From NCBI GenBank assembly GCA_964106645.2, contig OZ067043.1: a stretch of 64,000 nucleotides of DNA; one strand, 5' to 3'. The stretch comes from Podarcis pityusensis (Eukaryota). The position numbers were made by a program, and so were the translations under genes. How positions within the stretch are numbered: the stretch's first letter is position 1; each line of letters begins with the position of its first letter. Under the pieces are notes generated by a model. It was not told the origin of the DNA and did no database searches. It saw only the letters and a program-made list of their open reading frames with translations. This document shows positions 49,237 to 61,746 of this stretch, one piece after another.

Positions 49237-50526
49237 GTAAGCTGAATGCTTTGGATTTGATTTCCAAATTGTTCAAGATTTTGCTTTGACTGGATTGTAT
49301 AATAGTTGAATATTTAATACTTCAGAGATGTTTTACGATGCAAGCATGATACCAAGATCAGTAACAGGACCTTGTCAGTATTTGGGTTTTGCATGCCTAT
49401 ATTTTTCTAGAAAGCTTCAGTATCCACACAAGGGAACTGGTTGTTCAAAACTGAGAAGGTGGGGATGGACTGTGTCTAAATGTAGGTAAGACTCTGTCTT
49501 GATGGTAGAGACTCCCTATTTGTGCAGGAAAATAGTGTGGGAGAAGGATTAAAACAGTTCCCCCATCTCCGTTCTCCTAAACTCTGTGTGGGTGAAAGTT
49601 GGCATGCATTCTTCCCTCATGCTACCTGGAAATATCTCTGGCAGTAGAGAACAGCATGCAGGTTCTAGGTCTTGACCTGTGTGGGGAGCAAGGACTGGAT
49701 CAGGAAAAAGGGCGGCCTTTGGCCTGCTCCCTCAGACCTTAATTCCCTCTCATCACTTTTTCATAATCAGCCAGCTTCAAACCCTTCAACAAGGTGTGGG
49801 GGGCGGGGGCGGTGGGGGGCTAAGCCCACTTAGCCCAGCTTCTCCCAGCAATGGCTTTGGCCATGGGGGGTCTCTAAACCCATTTTGCTCTTTTCTAATT
49901 ACTGTTTAAGGGGTGAAAAGGTCTGTGATCACTATGGCAAATGAAGGTGTTTAGATGGAAGATAAGTGCAAAACTCACTATGCCTTCTGTTCCAACTCTC
50001 TTCATATGGTCTGTGGGTTCCAACTAATCACTAGTTGGAATGATTACCAGAAAAACTCATGAATAATTATTATAATTAAACTGACATTAATCTTTTATAA
50101 AGGACTAAATAGGGTCTGTCCCAATAACGGTACAAGTCTTTCATTTGGAGGATTATGAATTATGTATATAAGTTACCTAATATTTATTTTGCTAAGTTTA
50201 TTCTATTTATATTGTTGAATCCTTGGGCATGTGATTCACACTAATTTCCTTGGTCACTAGCTATATCCATGTATCCCACAATTCTAATTTGGAGAGTTAC
50301 AGAACAATACTAGCTGAATCTCCATATTCAGAAGCAGTTTTATGTATCTGTTCTTGGAGGTAACAATTTGACATTTCCATTTGATGATATCTATCTCCTG
50401 TCTTTCTGAGATTCAAAGCAAACTGGGAAGAAGCAAACTATAAACTGTTCCAATCAAATAAGTATTCATGCTAGTATAGATATTCTCTTGCAGTTTGGTT
50501 TAGTACTACATTATCTATTTTCACAG

Positions 50527-50703
50527 ATCCTTGAATGGATTGAAGGAAAGGAGAGAAACATAAGAGCCTTGTTGTCCACAATGCACACAGTACTATGGGA
50601 AGGAGAGACAAAATGGAAACCTGTGGGCATGGCAGATCTTGTTACTCCAGAGCAAGTAAAGAAGGTTTACCGGAGAGCAGTGCTTGTTGTGCATCCTGAT
50701 AAA
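50527..50703 (+). CDS. DNAJC6: DNAJC6 exon 18 (177 nt), J domain with HPD (50692-50700)
   Basis: [59 protein letters not shown]. Flanks acag| and |gtaagt. Confidence 0.98.
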
Positions 50704-51694
50704 GTAAGTAATAATATTTTATGTTAATCTGTTACCTCATGTACTCGTTTAATGATTCCTACTTGATCCATCCCTGCAATTACTTTCACCATTATCACTT
50801 TAAAACAATACGGAGCGAAGAGTCACTGCAGTTCACTGAAAATCTTTGGTGTAGCAATTATTACCAGTTGTGTGGGAGCTTAGGGAAAGTTTATTGGGAT
50901 AATTTCAGAAATAGTCTGAAAATGTGATATGGCTCAGTCAAGTGAATGAAAATAATAAGACCTTGCATGTTTACTAATTATGTTTCTGGTTTAAGTTTTG
51001 CAGCAAAAAAAATGTTTTAAAATAAAAACTGTGGTTCATAAAACTGATATGCTTAGGCTAAGAATTAAAGTCTGATGGGTCTGGAAAAAATTAAACAAGG
51101 GGAAATGTTGATAGATTGTGTGGGCAAGATGTGAGGTCATGGTGAACAACATTACTTTATAGCTCAAAACTATATCAATAGGTAAATACTACGCCGGCCT
51201 ATTGGAAGTTGTAAGTCTATCTCCATAAGAACTACAGATTGCAATAAAGCTTATTCACTAAAGGCAAGTGAATATGTACCAGGAGCAACCACAACCTACT
51301 TCTATAGTGTCATTAAAACATACCCTATTACCCCAGGGTAAATGCTGCAAAAAAAAAAAACATGTATGCACAGATCAAAGATATGCTTGCCTTTTATGAG
51401 TAAGAATTGCCTCTAGGCAGCTAGGTAGGAAAACTTTATACTATGTTGACTGTTTCTTTTAATCTACAAATACCTGATAAGTAGATGTGGGGATATAGGC
51501 TAGAAAAGATTTTTGTCAACTCATAACTATTCTGGGTTAATTCAGGGTTTCATGCCACCCTTTTCAGCATGCTTGCTCTTCTATGATAAGCGTAAATTAT
51601 ACCTACACTCTGCTATTGACTTTCTGTATGAACAGTGTCATCTTTAAGCTTATTTTAATATGTTTGTGATGTATCTTGTTTTGCTTTCTTGTAG

Positions 51695-51796
51695 GCTACG
51701 GGGCAGCCATATGAACAATATGCAAAGATGATTTTTATGGAGCTCAATGATGCCTGGTCAGAATTTGAAAACCAAGGCCAAAAGCCCTTGTATTAG
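51695..51796 (+). CDS. DNAJC6: DNAJC6 exon 19, coding part (102 nt incl. TAG)
   Basis: [33 protein letters not shown], the auxilin C-terminus. Acceptor tgtag|. Confidence 0.98.
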
Positions 51797-54190
51797 CGTA
51801 CTTCCTCAGACATTGCTGTAGACCTGTGCTAGTGCTCATATAGTTCCTTGCCACAAGATTTTCACAGCTGAATTAGTATCTGGCTGGAAATTTGGAAAAA
51901 AATAAGACTAGCCCTAACACTAAAACCTTTCGTATGGAGAACGGGAAGGTATGGAGGCTGCTCCTTACGTATGCCATGAATTACAGATGCAAAGAGAGGA
52001 GTTCTAGAAGTTAATCTTATAGTGTTCTTTCAGGTATAAACAGGGTAGGTAAGGTTGCATTCTAGAAAACTGGGATTGCTTGTCTTGGAACAAGTGAGGT
52101 GAAATGAATGGTCTCTCTCACTACGAACCAAATAGATGCTGTGTCACTAGGAATGTGGCTTAGTCTTTGAAAGTTTGTATCCAGGACAAGCTTTGTCAAA
52201 ACAAAGCATAAGGATGTTCATATGTGGTTATTTGCTGTACACTAAACTCTCATAATAATTTGACCCTTCAATTACTTCTTGTAGTGTTTCTTTTTTTTAA
52301 TATGACAGCTAGGCAACTGGATATGTCTTTGGCAACTTACTGCTGCCTTAAACATAGTACTGTATTTCGTGTTTCAGACAAGCAGACAGCTAGACATTTT
52401 ACACCAACAAAGAATTTGGGAAGTGTCTTTAAATTATTATTTATTTATTAACATGCAAAAGCCTGTTGAAGCATTATCCCAAATCAACAGACCACTAAAG
52501 TTGTTTGCTGTTCATTATTATTAAAGTAAGGGTGCAAGAATACCTTGCAAAAAAATTCCCAGTTAAAAAACACTTTGAAACCTGCCTCTGAAACAAACTT
52601 TGCTGCCTTCTTCAGCATTGTGAAGTTATGTTCTTAATTGATTCAAATTGTATATTTAAATTGAATCAAATATCCAGTTTTTCCAGAACATTTGTGAACA
52701 CAAGCTAATGTTACCATGTAGCCTCAACTTCTGGACTTCTATAGGTAACTTACTATGTTCATGTAGTTTTGTAAGATCTGAGGTGAGCAAAAAATACGAA
52801 AATTTACTTACTTACTAAAGTTATATTGGCCCAGTAAGCAATAATGTTCATATATTCACATTATGGTATCTGATGATAAAACAAAAGTATGTTCTCTCAT
52901 CTAATGAAACTAATTTTACATAGCACTTTGAACTGTTTCTCCTTTTGCAGAGAAACTTATAATGGGAGTTTTATTTATTGACATTTCCTGAATGAAATCT
53001 GGTCTCTGGCTTGCATGGGGTAGATTAATATTATCTGGTCTCCTCTCCTTCAAGCAGTTGATAGTTAAGTCAACGTGCAGCAACAGCCATGTGAAACTTG
53101 GTTGTTTATAGAGGTCCAATGTGTTTATAGATGCTGATTCGATATATTTCTTGAAAACCAAGTATCTACAGGCTGTTGAAGGCATCGTGCCACTTGACTC
53201 CATTAAACATTGGATCCCATTATGCAGCCGATTTCTTCATGGAGCTGTTGAATAGTAGCTACAATAGTCACTGTATGGGGGGAAATGGTAACATGCATCT
53301 GCCTTTTTGATGTTCAACAGGTGGACAAAAAGGTTTCCACATGCAGGGAAAACTCTCTAGATGACGTGAAAATCTTGGTCAAATTGGTGTTTTAAGACAA
53401 TCTGTTTTCTGTTGTTCTATTTTCTTTATAGTGGGAAACCCTTTTCTGCAGATACAGCATGTCCACCAGCCTATGTTTATTTTTATATTAAATGCCATCT
53501 TTTTGTTGTATTGATCCATTATTTATTGCCATTACTGCCAATGTGAAACAAAACACCAAGCTCTCCTTTTTATATGTACAAGATATTAAGACGTTTGAAC
53601 AACTATAACAAACTGGATGTTATTTATTAACATATTATGAAATGTTTTGATCAAGTATGTGCTTGTCTATTAAAAACATTTTGAAATGTGAATCATGTTC
53701 CAGTGACTTGTTTTAATCCTTCATTCACTTCTGCAGATATTGTGTGAATTATGCTTATGAAATATAAATGGATTCAGTTAATGTAGCATCAGTTTTTGAA
53801 ATTACAAAAATAACATTAGCTTTGTGCATCAGACTAATAGATCTTTTTTTAAAAGCCCAGGATAAATTCAAATTTTAACAAAATAAATATATCATTTAAG
53901 CTTCATCTAGTTCAGTAAAAAGGAAAAAAACTTACCCAACTTAAACACCTTCTCTAACTGCAGTGCTTTCAATGGTGCATGAAAGTGAGACCTATGTGTC
54001 AAAACTACTGAACTCAAAAGGGCTTTTCCTTTTCCTTTTGGTCCTATCTGCTCGTCAATGTTCAGGTTTACTGTTCTGACTAAAACCACTATTATAATCT
54101 CTCTTTTTTGTAAATATGCAGTATACTCAATGAACTGTGACTGGTTGAAAGCATTTGTATATATATTAAAAAGGTGAAAGAACTTTCAGT
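51797..54190 (+). other. DNAJC6: Probable DNAJC6 3' UTR (end inferred)
   Basis: AU-rich, repeat-poor segment. Candidate poly(A) signals ATTAAA 53669, AATAAA 53882 and ATTAAA 54165; the last is followed by a U-rich tract. Confidence 0.55.
54165..54170 (+). terminator. Candidate distal polyadenylation signal (ATTAAA)
   Basis: Preceded by TGTA elements (54109, 54156) and followed by cctttttatttgtatttt. Confidence 0.45.
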
Positions 54191-54607
54191 CCTTTTTATT
54201 TGTATTTTATCCTATGCAGAGGAAGACAAAGCGCCTTCAAAGGGGATGTTATTAAGTATATTGATACTGAGGCTGCTGTAGCAGGTGAAAGAAAATAAAC
54301 CCACTACTCCATGGGACTGAATAACCTGTTCCTGAATGTACTCTCTTGTGTTACCTTACAGTACTATCCTATATGTCTTCATAGGAGTAAGTCCCATTGA
54401 GTTCAGTGGAGTTTACTCCTGGGTAAGAAAGAATAGATAGAAATGCAGCTGTAAGTCATTTTTATATGCTGAGAGGAGCAAATGACTTCATTCTTATATA
54501 AACTTAAAACTATTGCTCCTCTTTCTGAACTTGCGTCTAACATTATAGAATATGTGTTTTACTGAATGCAAAAATGCTTCTAGCTGCCATGTCTCCCAGC
54601 TTTATAC

Positions 54608-54786
54608 CATAGAAGTCAACTCCTGGGAGCCCCCACAATAAAATATTTGAGGGAGCCAGGCCCCCACAAAGTTGATGGGCATTTCTATTCAAATGGAGGG
54701 GGTGTGTGCACTGCGTCATGTGATTGATTATGCGGTGCAGGGCTTACCTGGGCCCCCACAATATTTCATTCAGGTTGGCGCGTCTG
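54608..54786. mobile_element. 179-bp hAT-type element
   Basis: Perfect 8-bp TSD ctttatac (54600-54607, 54787-54794). TIRs are degenerate. Confidence 0.65.
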
Positions 54787-54989
54787 CTTTATACAAAACA
54801 TTGGCATTGTGGTGAAATCACTTTCGGGGAAAATTGCAGTAGGAAACAGTAGAAAGCATGAATTAGAAAGGTGTGTGGGTATATAAATATGCATGAGGAC
54901 CCCAAGGAGCACTAATTAGACAATGCTTAACGCTTGATTTAAGTAATGGAAACCCCTGGCTGTACAGATGCCACCCATATTTCTAAATA

Positions 54990-55215
54990 CAGTGGTACCT
55001 CAGGTTAAGTACTTAATTTGTTCCGGAGGTCCGTTCTTAACCTGAAACTGTTCTTAACCTGAAGCACCACTTTAGCTAATGGGGCCTCCTGCTGCTGCCG
55101 CGCTGCCGGATCACAATTTCTGTTCTCATCCTGAAGCAAAGTTCTTAACCCGAGGTACTATTTCTGGGTTAGCGGAGTCTGTAACCTGAAGCATATGTAA
55201 CCTGAGGTACCACAG
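54990..55215. mobile_element. Tc1/mariner (Tigger/pogo-like) MITE, opposite orientation to 42644-42884
   Basis: ta|cagtggtacctcaggtta ... taacctgaggtaccacag|ta. The interior is the reverse complement of the 42644 copy. Confidence 0.9.
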
Positions 55216-55779
55216 TATCCATGGGTGTGTGCAGTCAAAAGACTTACCCTCGCTGGAAATGGATCTACATCAATGGATCCATACAAGTGCGATTTATTTG
55301 GGCGAAAAAACCAGCACGCCCACAAACTCCCACTGACTTCTTTCGAAACTGAGGTGATGAATTGTGCATGGCTGGCATGACGGCGCTTGCTTGCTGAGGT
55401 CTTTGCTTTACTAACAGGGCCATCCTACTACGTCTGTCTGCTCTGAAGTAGGCCCCGCTAACCGCATGAGACTTACTCCCAGGGAAGTGTCTGGGATGGC
55501 AGCCCAGACTAAACACCAATTTAAAGTTTTTTGTTGTTTTTGTTTTTAAGATGGAGTTAATATCAGACGAGCACATGCCCGACCTCAAAACCAAAGTTTT
55601 TGCTCTGTGGGGCCTATGCTTGACCCTGAAAGTGAGATAAGAGGCCGCCCAAGCCTTTGCAATCCGAATATGCTCTGGGAGGGCAAAGGGAAATGCGGGG
55701 GGATGGATCCACAAAAAGATGTTTGAACATCTGGCACAAGCAGCAGGAGGACCAGGACCAGCATTTTAAGCCATTTCTG

Positions 55780-56460
55780 AGGGAATTTCTGAGGGAAATT
55801 CCCCTCACTTCGACTGCCTTGGCGCCGCCCTGAGGCAGCTCATAGGCGTGAAAAGAGTCTTAGTTTCTTTTTTTAAAAAAAGAAAGTGCTGCTTTTTTGT
55901 TGTTGTTCCCTTCCCCCTGTGAGAAGGGGAAGGGTTAGAGCAGGAGCCACGTGAGCAGAAGGCGGAAGAAGTCGACACATTATTCTCCGCCTCCTCTGCT
56001 TCGTCGTCCAGCGAGAAAGAGAGAGCGAGCAAAAAAGGCGCCCCGCAAAAGAAAAGGAGACATGGCGGGGATTAAAGGTATCGGGCCGCTTCTCTCCTCG
56101 CGCCTCTGTCTCTCTTTCTCTCTCCCTCCGCTTTCTCCGTCGGCGCGGCTCTCTCGCTCCGCCGTCGCTATGGCTACCTCGCTCCCGCCCCTGCCCGGGG
56201 AAAGTTCCTCTGCAAATACGGCTAAAGGAGCCTTTCGCTGTGCAGCCCCCTCTCGGTTGTCGCCAACAACAGACTTCTCTCTGGGGCAGCGTAACTTTTT
56301 GCACTGCGCCGGCGCTGGGTCTCTTTCTCCTCCTTCCTACGCCCTTTTCCAGGGTGTGGATGTGAAGCACGCGGGGTGGGGAATCCGGAGGCGCCGGCGA
56401 GGGCAGGGCTCTTTTCTCTGGAGCAACTGCCGAGAAGGGCTCTGGCCGGTCACATTTTGC
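55780..56460. promoter_or_regulatory. CpG island / promoter of LEPROT (boundaries approximate)
   Basis: GC/CpG-rich segment around the LEPROT start codon. Contains E-box CACGTG (55948-55953), ETS-like GGCGGAAG (55961), kB-like sites and an X-box-like motif. Confidence 0.85.
56062..56077 (+). CDS. LEPROT: LEPROT coding exon 1 (16 nt)
   Basis: gacATGG CGG GGA... reads ATG GCG GGG ATT AAA G|gtatcg = MAGIK(A). Good Kozak context. Confidence 0.93.
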
Positions 56461-57149
56461 TGAAAATTCCTTTCCCTTGAAGCCTATTTAAAAGTTCAGG
56501 AATTTTCCCAGCTGCTGTGACCTACCCCAAACCATTGTTTTACATGCGATCGGTTTTGATTCGAAAGCAAAAAAAGAAACCCACTATAGTTCTTACCAGT
56601 GCTTTTCTTCTAAAAAAAATATGTTTATGGGTACTCTCATTTTCCTACTCATTGAAATACTGCCCCTCAAAGGAGGTCAAACTTAGATTCACAAAATTTT
56701 TAGGGGTGTGCGTCCCCCCCCCCGAAAAAAAGCACTGGTTATTACAAACTTTTGGACTTTTTGTTTATTGTAGTCACCAAGGCAATGAGTATACAGCTCA
56801 TGCGGAGTGTGGTACTTCACCAAGTTTAAAATCTCTCCATCCCAATTGCAGAAGTATAATTTAAGTGATCAGTGAAGCCCTTAAAAAAAGAAAATTCCAG
56901 CAAGAGGGTCCCATCCTGGAAGTATGGCTGTCGAAAGTGAAACAAACGTTATTTACTTACTTCATAAGATTTATACACCTCTTTATAGTAAAAACACAAT
57001 CTTCAAAGTGGTTTGCAAAAAAAAAAAAACAACAACAGTAAAATTAAGGAAAATTCAACAAACCCTACTTTAAAACACACAAAAGTTAAAATACTAAAGC
57101 ATTGAAATTACCTCGCCTTTCTCTGCATCCAGATAGGCTTGTCTAAATG

Positions 57150-57366
57150 CAAGAAGTAGTGACCGCCACCAATTTGGGATAACTTAAGGAAGAGAAGACA
57201 AATTCATGGAGAATCAGGCTGTCAGTGGATACTAGCAAGTGGTGGTGGTGGCGGGGAGAGCTCTTGCACCCAGGTCCTGGTTCTGGGCTTCCCATAGGCA
57301 TCCCATTGGCCACTGAAGAGGATGTTGGGGCATTGGTCTGATCCATCAGGCTCCTCATATTCTTAA
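57150..57366 (+). mobile_element. CR1 LINE 3' fragment
   Basis: gacaaattcatggagaatcaggctgtcagtgg ... ggtctgatccatcaggctcctcatattctta, same family as 28025-28572. Confidence 0.65.
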
Positions 57367-57813
57367 GGTAGATCAGAATATACTGGTAGATCTCTGGGTG
57401 ATATGCATTAGATTACTAATGGCAGCAACAAGGTGATTTCCACTCCACCCCTATGTAGGCTGCTGAAATGAAGAAAGCTAGCCAGGAGTGGATTTTTTTT
57501 ACATGAAATGACTGTGGGCTCAGTTATGTTCTGGTACTAGAAAGAAATTCCTAGGTTCAGGAGGCACTTTGGTATTTAATTCTAACTTTTTTGTTTTTAA
57601 TTGGCTCTGATTGGAGTTCCAGTAAAAAACAAAGTAGATCCAACAAGCCTGAATTCTGACCACCTCTTGAGATCGAACATCTGCTGTATCAGGAGGCTAC
57701 ACCTTTAACTGCAATGTTGGATCACTTTGTGAATTAAACTGCACAGACTGTGATTGTACAAATGAATGTTAAGCGTGTTAGTGATGTCATTCTTTTTATT
57801 TCCACTTGTGTAG

Positions 57814-57889
57814 CCCTGGTTGGCTTATCGTTCACTGGAGCTATGGGTCTGACGTTTCTTGTATTGGGGTGTGCACTGGAAAGTTACGG
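57814..57889 (+). CDS. LEPROT: LEPROT exon 2 (76 nt)
   Basis: [25 protein letters not shown](G). Flanks tgtag| and |gtaaga. Confidence 0.96.
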
Positions 57890-58244
57890 GTAAGACTGAA
57901 TTAATACGAGATATATCACTGTTCTATGTTGTGTGATGGTTCTAAGCATGCTTATTTGGAATGAAATCCTTAAACAAGCGGTTTATGAACGCAGGTTGAA
58001 TTCTTTTTTCATTCTTACGCCTTTCGGATGATTGAGGGAAATGAGCGGCATCAGAGATTGTAACGGGCTTAATGTGTGGGAGAGCAGTCTGACAGCTGAG
58101 AAGGAAAATGAGGGTAGTTTGGTAAACCTTTGCTAAAGCAGTGGGTGTTGAGGAATAGAAGTTGGTATGTCAGAGAAGATGCAGTAGAATGCTAAAAGGT
58201 TCACAAATTAGAATCTGAGCTGATACGGAGATAGGAGATGACAA

Positions 58245-58614
58245 GGGATGCGGGTGGCGCTGTGGTCTAAACCACTGAGCCTCTTGGGCTTGCTGATCAG
58301 AAGGTCGGCGTTTCGAATCCCTGCGACAGGGTGAGCTCTGTCCCAGCTCCTGCCAACCTTGCAGTTCAAAAGCATGCCAGTGCAAGTGGATAAATGGGTA
58401 TCACTGCAGTGGGAAGGTAAACTGCGTTCCCATGCGCTCTGTTTTCCGTCACGGTGTCCTGTTGCACCAGAAGCAGTCATGCTGGCCACATGACCTGGAA
58501 AGCTGTCTGTGGACAAACGTCAGCTCCCTCGGCCTGAAAGCGAGATGAGCGCCGTAACCCCATAGTCACCTTTGACTGGACTCAACCATCCAGGGGTCCT
58601 TTACCCTTTCTTTA
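58245..58614 (+). mobile_element. Sauria SINE, full length, different subfamily from the 9531 copy
   Basis: gggatgcgggtggcgctgtgg ... gtcatgctggccacatgacc ... caggggtcctttaccc. Confidence 0.92.
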
Positions 58615-58759
58615 AAGAGATGAAACTGCAGAAAACAAGGGGCAAAGAAGGGAGGAGGAAGAAAATGCAATTGGGCTGGAAAACTGAGTATCCTGAAGTG
58701 AGTGGAAGAACAAATGTATATGGCCCTAGATTTATACTTCAGTGACTTTTTCCTATGTA

Positions 58760-58978
58760 CATTGGTACGTCTGGATATGAATTTAATTAGTTGCGGAGGT
58801 CCATTCTTACCCCGAAACATTTGCATCCAGAGGCGCCTGTTCTGCGCAGGCGTGCGTGACCGTAATCCGCTTCTGCATAGGTGCGGGTGGCGGAAATCTT
58901 TCCGTTACTTCCGGGTTTGTCGCGTGCGTATCCTGAAGTATTTGCAAAGGGGACAGTACGTAACCTGAGGTTCCACTG
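58760..58978. mobile_element. Tc1/mariner (Tigger/pogo-like) MITE
   Basis: ta|cattggtacgtc ... taacctgaggttccactg|ta, with a CpG-rich interior. Confidence 0.75.
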
Positions 58979-59103
58979 TATATAATTATGTGTATATTTC
59001 TGTGCTCAGCTGTTACGATTTCAGAGGATGATAATAGGTTGTGCATAAAATTCATTTTAAACGGCATTAACTTCTCTCATCTTTTGTGTTTGTCATTCTG
59101 CAG

Positions 59104-59290
59104 CGTTTACTGGCCTTTATTTGTTTTGATATTTTACTTCATAAGTCCTATTCCCCACTTCATCACAAAAAGAGTAAGCGATGATACTGATGCCGCAAGC
59201 AGTGCCTGCAGGGAGCTGGCATGTTTCTTCACGACTGGAATTGTGGTTTCTGCCTTTGCGTTTCCTATTATCCTTGCACGCGTTGAAGTG
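59104..59290 (+). CDS. LEPROT: LEPROT exon 3 (187 nt)
   Basis: [68 protein letters not shown]/Vps55 family. Flanks gcag| and |gtaagg. Confidence 0.97.
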
Positions 59291-60449
59291 GTAAGGTCTT
59301 ATCACAAGAAAAGTTTATATGTCACCTTTTGACCCCTCACAGTCCTGGGCAAAATACAACATCCCACTCTTCTGATTGCTCCATTAGCACAAGCATTTCG
59401 GCTTGCCAGATGGAATGGACCCCCCCCCCCAAATCTTTCCCCTGTATGCTGTTCCCTCACATTCAGTCAAATTTTTGGGGGGAGGAAGCTTGGTGCTCAA
59501 GCAGAAGTCCTTGCACAGGGCTTCTTCTGATGAGAGTCATTAGGTAAATCCCACGCCCTGTTTTTCTGGTGTATGGCACATTGCCTTGCAGATAAACACT
59601 TCACAAAATGAGTCATCTTAATAATGTCTTCTGGTTAAGTTGCTGCTCACAGTAAACCAGACACAGCACCAAGCATAATTTCACAAATGTCACTGTGAGT
59701 GACGCTGCTGCCCCCTTTTTTTAAAAGAAAAGTTTACATTAAAAAAAATAATTGCTCAGCACTGTAAATAGAAATACTGGGTGAAGCCACTTCTAACTTC
59801 TCAGTTGAGGGGTAGGACCCAGAGTAACTGAGGATAAAGAAAGTTATCCCAACACTTTTCCAGGCCCTCTCAGGAATCCAGAGAGGCCTGGATGCTTCTG
59901 GTTCTTGAGGTGCCCAGCCATAATATCAAAATGTCAATACATGAAAACATAAAAAGCACTAAAAAGAGTGCAGTGTTAAGTAAGTTATTTAACAAATGCT
60001 GCTTCTAACATATGCCTTTTACCAAATCACCTCTTGCTTAAATTTTCAGCTGTGTGATAGTGTCACATTTAGGTCCAGTGTGCATAAAAGCAAGTTGTCA
60101 AATGCCAAAAAATTAACAAGTGACTAAATATAAGCCCCCCCTTTGAACTTGTAGCCCAAGCCGAACAGCCTTGGATTTGCCCTGCCCTTGCAGTTACAGT
60201 TCTGAATGAGGAAGTTGCTGTTAGTGCCATTAATTTCTTTAGTCCCATATCTCTGGGCTCAGACCCTGACATGCACTGGGGATGGAGCCCAGAGGTACTG
60301 TGAATGACTGTGATTGTAGCTGACTCAGCCAGTGTTGAAAGAAAAGTGCTGGGTGTGAGGCAGACACAGATGCTAATAACTTCCTTATTCATATTGTCTC
60401 TGGGAATCCAGCCTGAACACGAGAGGGCAAAAAGTTTGTAGTGAGCTGT

Positions 60450-60450
<1 letters not shown>

Positions 60451-60518
<68 letters not shown>
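60451..60518. repeat. Compound (CT)n(GT)n microsatellite
   Basis: Seen directly in LEPROT intron 3. Confidence 0.95.
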
Positions 60519-61746
60519 ACATGCAGATGTCAGCTCCTTCACTCCTGACCTTCATGTGTTTAGTGTTAAGGCCTGAAGAGGGCTTCTTAAGTGCACTTGG
60601 CTGAACCCCCATTTTGCCCTCAGACTGAAGCAGACTGATAAGTTTTTAGTGGTCTACATGTTTACATGCATTCTGGTTTGTTTCCTTTTGAAAACTTTAT
60701 TTCGCAATAAGGTTTTCACGTGAATAAACCACTGGTTGTGCGGATGGAATTCTGAAATCTCTGCAGTAAATGTTTTCTAGCTGCAGCCTAGAGGAGTGTA
60801 AACACCTAGCTGAACTTATGGCGGTTTAGGCGTAGTTAACACACACCAGATTGCATTGTCTGGCTTTGATGACGGGAGCTCCTTTATATGCCCACCTGTG
60901 CTTGCAAGTATGCATAGCAGGACTTCATACTGCTTTCCATTATCTGCTTGGCAACTTTTCCAAATCCACAGAGAGCAGGAAGGTAGAAGGAGGTGCTACA
61001 TGTTGCGATTACTGATATCTGCAGTTGCTCACCTTCCATGCTTTAAGAAAGTGAACTATTACCTGCTTTAATGAATTATTTTTTGGTGTTTGTGTTAGCT
61101 ATTGCAGATGCTGTTTTGGCTTTCATTCAGGTATTCCTCTCTATCCACTTCCATACCAGCAGGAGTGAGTTCAGCAGCATCAGTAGGCGAGAGCTGCTGC
61201 CCTTGCATGTTGTTATTGTGCTCTGTTCTCCTTCCCCTGTTGGTTGCCTGTGACAAGATAGGCTAATGACAACCATACTGGGTTAAGGACAGCCATACTG
61301 GGCAGCAGAATGCTTGGTGATGCTGGCTGTCTTGCTTGCAGTGTCCAGTTAGAAATCCTTTGAAACTCCAGTCTCCTGCTCACTGTTCTTAAAACATCCC
61401 TCCCATTCACAAATGGTGAACAGTCTGTTTCACCCAATTTACATTTCTATCTTGTTTACTGTTCTGTTTGCTCTCATTCACTTTGGGAGTTTAATAGGAC
61501 AGGTTAAGATGAACAAACTTTTTTTTGTTTTTTGTTAGTGCACTTGACTTTGCCTTAATGATTAAGCCACAGTGCTGTGTTACCAGAACAGAAGCACGTA
61601 AAGATATATTTACATCTTTCTCATATCTACTAGTATTCTCCCTGGTTTCCTTCTCCCGAGCCCTTAGTTGAGGTTTCATAAACTTGTTATGTCTAGAATT
61701 CTCCTTTCCAAGATCTTATCTAATTTATTTTCCAGTAGTAGTACTA

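Noticed and set aside
15891-51796. Assignment as GAK (auxilin-2)
   Set aside because: No N-terminal kinase exons. The N-termini, the QKPLY C-terminus and LEPROT adjacency indicate DNAJC6.
56078-56085. LEPROT intron 1 donor gtatcggg as a U12-type intron
   Set aside because: U12 donors need GTATCCTT. The match stops after GTATC.
55265-56463. 149-170 aa ORFs at the LEPROT promoter
   Set aside because: CpG-island artefacts with low-complexity translations and no recognisable domain.
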